DNA of 32,000 nucleotides from Wolbachia endosymbiont of Litomosoides sigmodontis (GTDB lineage Bacteria; Pseudomonadota; Alphaproteobacteria; Rickettsiales; Anaplasmataceae): NCBI RefSeq assembly GCF_013365435.1, contig NZ_CP046577.1, positions 870,001 to 902,000 of the forward strand, read 5' to 3'. Shown piece by piece: positions 28,353 to 32,000 of this stretch (position 1 is its first letter; each line of letters starts with the position of its first letter). The notes under the pieces were generated by a model. It saw only the letters and a program-made list of their open reading frames with translations, ran no database searches and was not told where the DNA came from. The position numbers and the translations under genes were made by a program.

Positions 28353-28673
28353 TTATGCCTCTTGTTCTTTTGCTTTTTTTGTCTCTGTTTTCTTTTTTTT
28401 TGTTTTTTTTGCTTCTGTTTCTAAAGTTATTATGCCTTTTTTAATGAACCACAGCACCCTTTCACTTGCTTGTGCACCCACACTTAGCCAATATTTTAAT
28501 CTATCAGCTTTTACCATGACACGATTTTTATTGTCTTTTGGTAGCATTGGATTGTACTGCCCTATTCTCTCGATAAAACGTCCATCTCTTGGTGCACGCG
28601 AATCGGCTACAACTATTCTGTAAAAAGGGTATTTCTTTGCACCAAATCTTGCCAACCTTATTTTAACTGCCAT
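28353..28673 (-). CDS. rpsP: 30S ribosomal protein S16
   Basis: [42 protein letters not shown] is the canonical S16 N-terminus. It has a Lys-rich C-terminal extension. Confidence 0.97.
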   Translation of the reverse strand: MAVKIRLARFGAKKYPFYRIVVADSRAPRDGRFIERIGQYNPMLPKDNKNRVMVKADRLKYWLSVGAQASERVLWFIKKGIITLETEAKKTKKKKTETKKAKEQEA

Positions 28674-28807
28674 GTTAACCTTTATTTATTATACTAATAC
28701 AATTTATATAATTAAGTAATTCTAGTCAAACCAATCATCACTCTTCCATTTAAGAATAATATAACTGCTATTAGTTAGCCGTATGAGATAGTGATAACTA
28801 GACCTTA

Positions 28808-30622
28808 TTACATATTATCAAGTATAGCATGATTAATCTCAACCTTATATTTTGATTCTAAGTAGCTAATTAACTGCCCTTTTAGCGATATCATCACACG
28901 TTTTCCAGTATCAAATGTGTCTAACTTGCCATTTAACGAGTACATTTCTTTTAAAATACCTACTATAACTTCATTATCGTGCTGAACAGGATCTGTTACT
29001 GAACCAATCTTTTTCAGAGAGAAAACTTTCTCTACAAAAGAAAATGGGTAACTTTGCTGACCCACTTCATTGCGATATATTTGCTGGTCCTTAATCAATT
29101 CTATACCTTGAGTTTTTTCCAAATCTACCTTTTCTCTTAGTCGAACTGCAACTTCCTGTCCAATTTCAAACATCTTCTCTTTTACAAACCAATTATGCCA
29201 AAGATCTATCACTAATGCCTTACTTTCTTCAAAATCTCGCAATTTAGGTGGAACAATGTTGATGATCTTTACACCAACAACAGCATCGCCAACACTTTTA
29301 AAATAATCTTTCTGATCTTTTTCTCGTGAAAAGATGAAAGAAACCAAATCATTAGAGCTTTCCACAATATTACCGCTCTGATCCTTTCCACTAGCATCTA
29401 CTGGACCAATAGTTTGCATAGGTAAATTGTATTCACTGGATATTTCTTCAATCGTCATACCATTATATATCTCATAGTTTACTTGATTTGTAAAATCATT
29501 AACCTTCTCAAAAGACTTCTGATTAATCAAAACTAACTTTATATTTTTCTTCAAATCAGCCAAGTTCTCATTAGAGATTTGATGTACACTATACACTTTT
29601 ATTATATGCCAACCAAAACTACTTGCTAAAGCTTCACTTACTTCACCAACTTTGAGAGCAAACACCTTTTCCCTCATGTCTTCTGGCAAAAAATCCTTAG
29701 TTATATTGTTTAACCTAATTTCTTCAAGCTTTGTCTTTCCAAATTCTTCTACCATTTGTTCAAAGCTTATTTTGCCTTCCTCAAATGCCTTATATGCTGC
29801 TTCAGCCTCTTCTTTAGAATGGAATATTAAATTAAATATATCTCTTTGATCTTTAAGCTCTTGTTGTTCTATTATATCGTCAACTTCTCTATCTGAAATC
29901 TGAATCTGGTCTTTAAAGTATTTTTGATCTAAAGAAATATATTGTGCAGTTCGATATTCAGGGTAATAAAAACGAGATTTATTTTTTTCATATAAATCAA
30001 ATAAAGTTCGTTCATCTGGCTCAGTAACGTCTGTAACTACATCTTGAGTTATTTTAACAATATCAACCACTCTAGTTTGATAGCGGTTCTTATATATCTG
30101 TTCATCGATTTTTTCTCCAAAAGTTACTGGATAATTATCATGAAATAATGAAGTTATGAACATAATTGTAGGCAAGACTTTCTTTAACTTTGCTACGTAT
30201 TCTCTTTCCGTTATGTGCAAATTATTCAAGGCCTCATGAAATTTTTTTTTGTCAAATTCTCCTTTATTGTTTTGAAAATACTCAGTATTTCTAATGTGGT
30301 CTTTTATGGATTCTTCTCCAATCACTAACCCTAAATCACTAATCAAGTTAAACAACAGTTTTTGCTCTATAAGTGCATTAAGTAAACCGTATTTCAATCT
30401 TTTTATCTGCTCTTCACTAAGATCAGATCTAGAAGCATGATTTCCATAATTTTGATATAGCGACTTGTACTCATCCAATGTTATAACTTCCTTTCCAACT
30501 CTAGCCAATTCTTCCTTTTTATTATCATCCAAAAAAAGGGTGCCAAGCCCCATAAAGAGTAACAAACAAGTTAAAATGATAACAATTATTTTAGTAAAAA
30601 AAAAATTAACATTCATAAACAA
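28808..30622 (-). CDS. Membrane-anchored periplasmic peptidyl-prolyl isomerase/chaperone (PpiD/SurA-like, parvulin type)
   Basis: 604 aa. It has an N-terminal single TM anchor (FFFTKIIVIILTCLLLFMGLG), a long chaperone-like region and a parvulin-like segment (...EALASSFGWHIIKVYSV). The start is a TTG in the ORF track; the ATG two codons later (MNVNFFF) is an alternative. Confidence 0.8.
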   Translation of the reverse strand: MFMNVNFFFTKIIVIILTCLLLFMGLGTLFLDDNKKEELARVGKEVITLDEYKSLYQNYGNHASRSDLSEEQIKRLKYGLLNALIEQKLLFNLISDLGLVIGEESIKDHIRNTEYFQNNKGEFDKKKFHEALNNLHITEREYVAKLKKVLPTIMFITSLFHDNYPVTFGEKIDEQIYKNRYQTRVVDIVKITQDVVTDVTEPDERTLFDLYEKNKSRFYYPEYRTAQYISLDQKYFKDQIQISDREVDDIIEQQELKDQRDIFNLIFHSKEEAEAAYKAFEEGKISFEQMVEEFGKTKLEEIRLNNITKDFLPEDMREKVFALKVGEVSEALASSFGWHIIKVYSVHQISNENLADLKKNIKLVLINQKSFEKVNDFTNQVNYEIYNGMTIEEISSEYNLPMQTIGPVDASGKDQSGNIVESSNDLVSFIFSREKDQKDYFKSVGDAVVGVKIINIVPPKLRDFEESKALVIDLWHNWFVKEKMFEIGQEVAVRLREKVDLEKTQGIELIKDQQIYRNEVGQQSYPFSFVEKVFSLKKIGSVTDPVQHDNEVIVGILKEMYSLNGKLDTFDTGKRVMISLKGQLISYLESKYKVEINHAILDNM

Positions 30623-30684
30623 AAGTTGATTAGCGGTTAATCGTAGAATAGTGCTAATTTATCTTTTGTAAATCTACTGATTAA

Positions 30685-30781
30685 TTATACCAATTCTCAT
30701 GTTAGTAAGTCAAATAAGTGAAGTTGCAGAGTGAGAATGAGGGTAATAAATTTGTACAAAGCACTCTTAAATAAAGCAATT
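30685..30781 (-). mobile_element. IS630-family 3'-end fragment, inverted (copy J, ~95 bp)
   Basis: ttataccaattctcatgttagtaagtcaaataagtgaagttgcagagtgagaatgagggtaataaatttgtacaaagcactc matches the reverse complement of the right ends of the other copies. It is joined at an internal breakpoint to copy K. Confidence 0.65.
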
Positions 30782-31056
30782 TTTGTCATGAATTGTGCTA
30801 GTTGACATGGGTCGAAAAATTTAAAGGTATCAAAAATATTGAGATTATATATCCACTATGATACTCATCTGAGCTCAACCATATTGAGAGACTTTAGATT
30901 GCATATAAACAGAATATTTTGCGTCACAAAGTCTATAATACAATTGTTTTGCTTGAGAGCGTTTTGTGTAAATTTACCATCTCTCTTTCTCACTACACAA
31001 TAAAACAACTCTGTTGTATTACTTATTTGACCTATCACTAATGAGAATTAGTATAA
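30782..31056 (+). mobile_element. IS630-family 3' portion (copy K, ~275 bp)
   Basis: Collinear with the last ~280 bp of copies E and G (ttgtcatgaattgtgctagttgac...; SSELNHIERL is the remnant of the SPELNxIE motif). It ends with cactaatgagaattagtataa. Confidence 0.75.
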
Positions 31057-31189
31057 CACAATATCAAAAGAAAATCTTATACTCACACAAATGCTACTAC
31101 TAAGTCCAACATCAATAACGGCATAAAAATGCTCATCATCATTGCACTATCTCTAACACTTCCTTTTTCGAGGTAGCTTAATCTCCTAT

Positions 31190-31262
31190 AACGTCAATAA
31201 GTGCTCGTTTTGTTTTTCTCTTTAAGCCAACTCTGCAATAGTTTAATTATTTGCGTTTTATA
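31190..31262 (+). mobile_element. Possible additional small IS630 3'-end remnant
   Basis: aagtgctcgttttgtttttctctttaagccaactctgcaatagtttaattatttg resembles the ...agtgctttgtgcaa...ctctttctcac...aactctgcaatgtagtttat... segment near IS right ends. It is short and diverged. Confidence 0.3.
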
Positions 31263-31821
31263 TCAAAGAATTTGCCCTATATTAAAGTAGGGTAGTTGTT
31301 GTCTCAGTGTTACTACACAACAACTTGGTGTAATAATGTATTCCTCTTCTCAACTCTAAAATTCACGTAAACAAGAAACTCTCTTCATTGATTTATCTTT
31401 TGCATATATTCTATCTTCAATAGCCCCTTCAAATGCTCTATTACGTCTTAAATGGTAATTTACCCCCTCCATTCAAATCTTGCACCATTGTGTTCGACGC
31501 AATGACACAAAATATAAGGTATACTATTACTTGTTATGTCTACATCAGGCTTTATGAACAGATCTGACTCAAATATTTTCTTGTTAATTGCTATTTCACT
31601 ATTCTTACTGAAGAACTTTTTTAATTGCTCAATTCTTTTATTACATACCTTTCCTGTGTTGTCATAACCTTAAGAAAGTCATCAGATTCTTCTGAATGCT
31701 ATTTATTAATAATAAGCCACGTTAAAAGCCAAGAACTTAGTTAATGAATTAATGTAACCTTCCTTATAGGAAGTAAGGCCCATCATTTTTATCACACATA
31801 TCTATTAAAGCTAGCTTATTC

Positions 31822-32000
31822 TTAATTATTCATAGAGCTAAAAAAGTCAGCGTTACTCTTTGTCAAAAGCAGTTTATCACGCAAAAACTCCATTGCTTCA
31901 ACAGGCCCCATAGGGCTTAGTATCCTACGCAATACCCATATTTTATTTAATGTAGCTTTGTCAATTAATAACTCTTCTTTTCTAGTTCCAGATTTCGTAA
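31822..32000 (-). CDS. 3' end of an unidentified CDS (5' part lies beyond the window)
   Basis: The minus-strand frame is open from the window edge to the TAA at 31822-31824: [59 protein letters not shown] cannot assign a family from 59 residues. Confidence 0.45.
   Translation of the reverse strand, partial: TKSGTRKEELLIDKATLNKIWVLRRILSPMGPVEAMEFLRDKLLLTKSNADFFSSMNN

Noticed and set aside
30596-30622. Possible frameshift in the A-run at the 5' end of the PpiD-like gene
   Set aside because: My manual count of the A-run disagreed by one base with the reading frame given in the ORF track, which reads MFMNVNFFFTK straight through. I trust the computed track over my hand count. The real start is probably the ATG (MNVNFFF) in any case.
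1-32000. Could the many dispersed repeats be a CRISPR array or a prophage?
   Set aside because: The repeats are ~1-kb IS copies in both orientations with irregular spacing, not short direct repeats with unique spacers. I saw no cas, integrase, capsid or terminase-like ORFs, and no rRNA genes.

Overview
This is an AT-rich chromosomal segment (about 30-33% GC by eye). Its gene content and style fit an obligate intracellular Rickettsiales bacterium, most like Wolbachia/Anaplasmataceae; that assignment is inference from the protein sequences and IS load and cannot be proven without a database. All 15 intact protein genes lie on the minus strand: two nitronate-monooxygenase-family genes, uvrA, nuoF, pdhC (PDH E2), cytochrome b561, trpS, grpE, ispB, rpsP, a PpiD-like isomerase, a VirB2-like/VirB4-paralogue/931-aa secreted-protein cluster, and an orphan 453-aa protein. 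A 16th, 5'-truncated CDS runs off the right edge, also on the minus strand. A tRNA-Lys(UUU) sits 17 nt upstream of nuoF. Almost every intergenic gap is filled by decayed IS630/Tc1-mariner-type elements: at least 11 copies or fragments, roughly 7 kb or about 22% of the window, none with an intact transposase. Four of these loci are foldback pairs of inverted copies. There are also two copies of an unrelated ~0.5-kb non-coding repeat, a frameshifted SH3-like (DUF1058-type) pseudogene and a second unrecognisable decayed ORF. The most interesting region is 14474-20072. It is an isolated T4SS-derived module (pilin-like gene, then a VirB4 paralogue whose Walker A lysine is replaced by arginine) translationally coupled to a 931-aa cysteine-rich, signal-peptide-bearing protein. 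That protein has internal repeats and a C-terminal glycine-rich domain resembling phage tail fibre domains. Next to it, an orphan 453-aa protein has a C-terminal bilobed hydrophobic hairpin, and its last 7 codons and stop come from an IS terminus. All coordinates of IS boundaries and repeats are by-eye alignments, accurate to about +/-10 nt.
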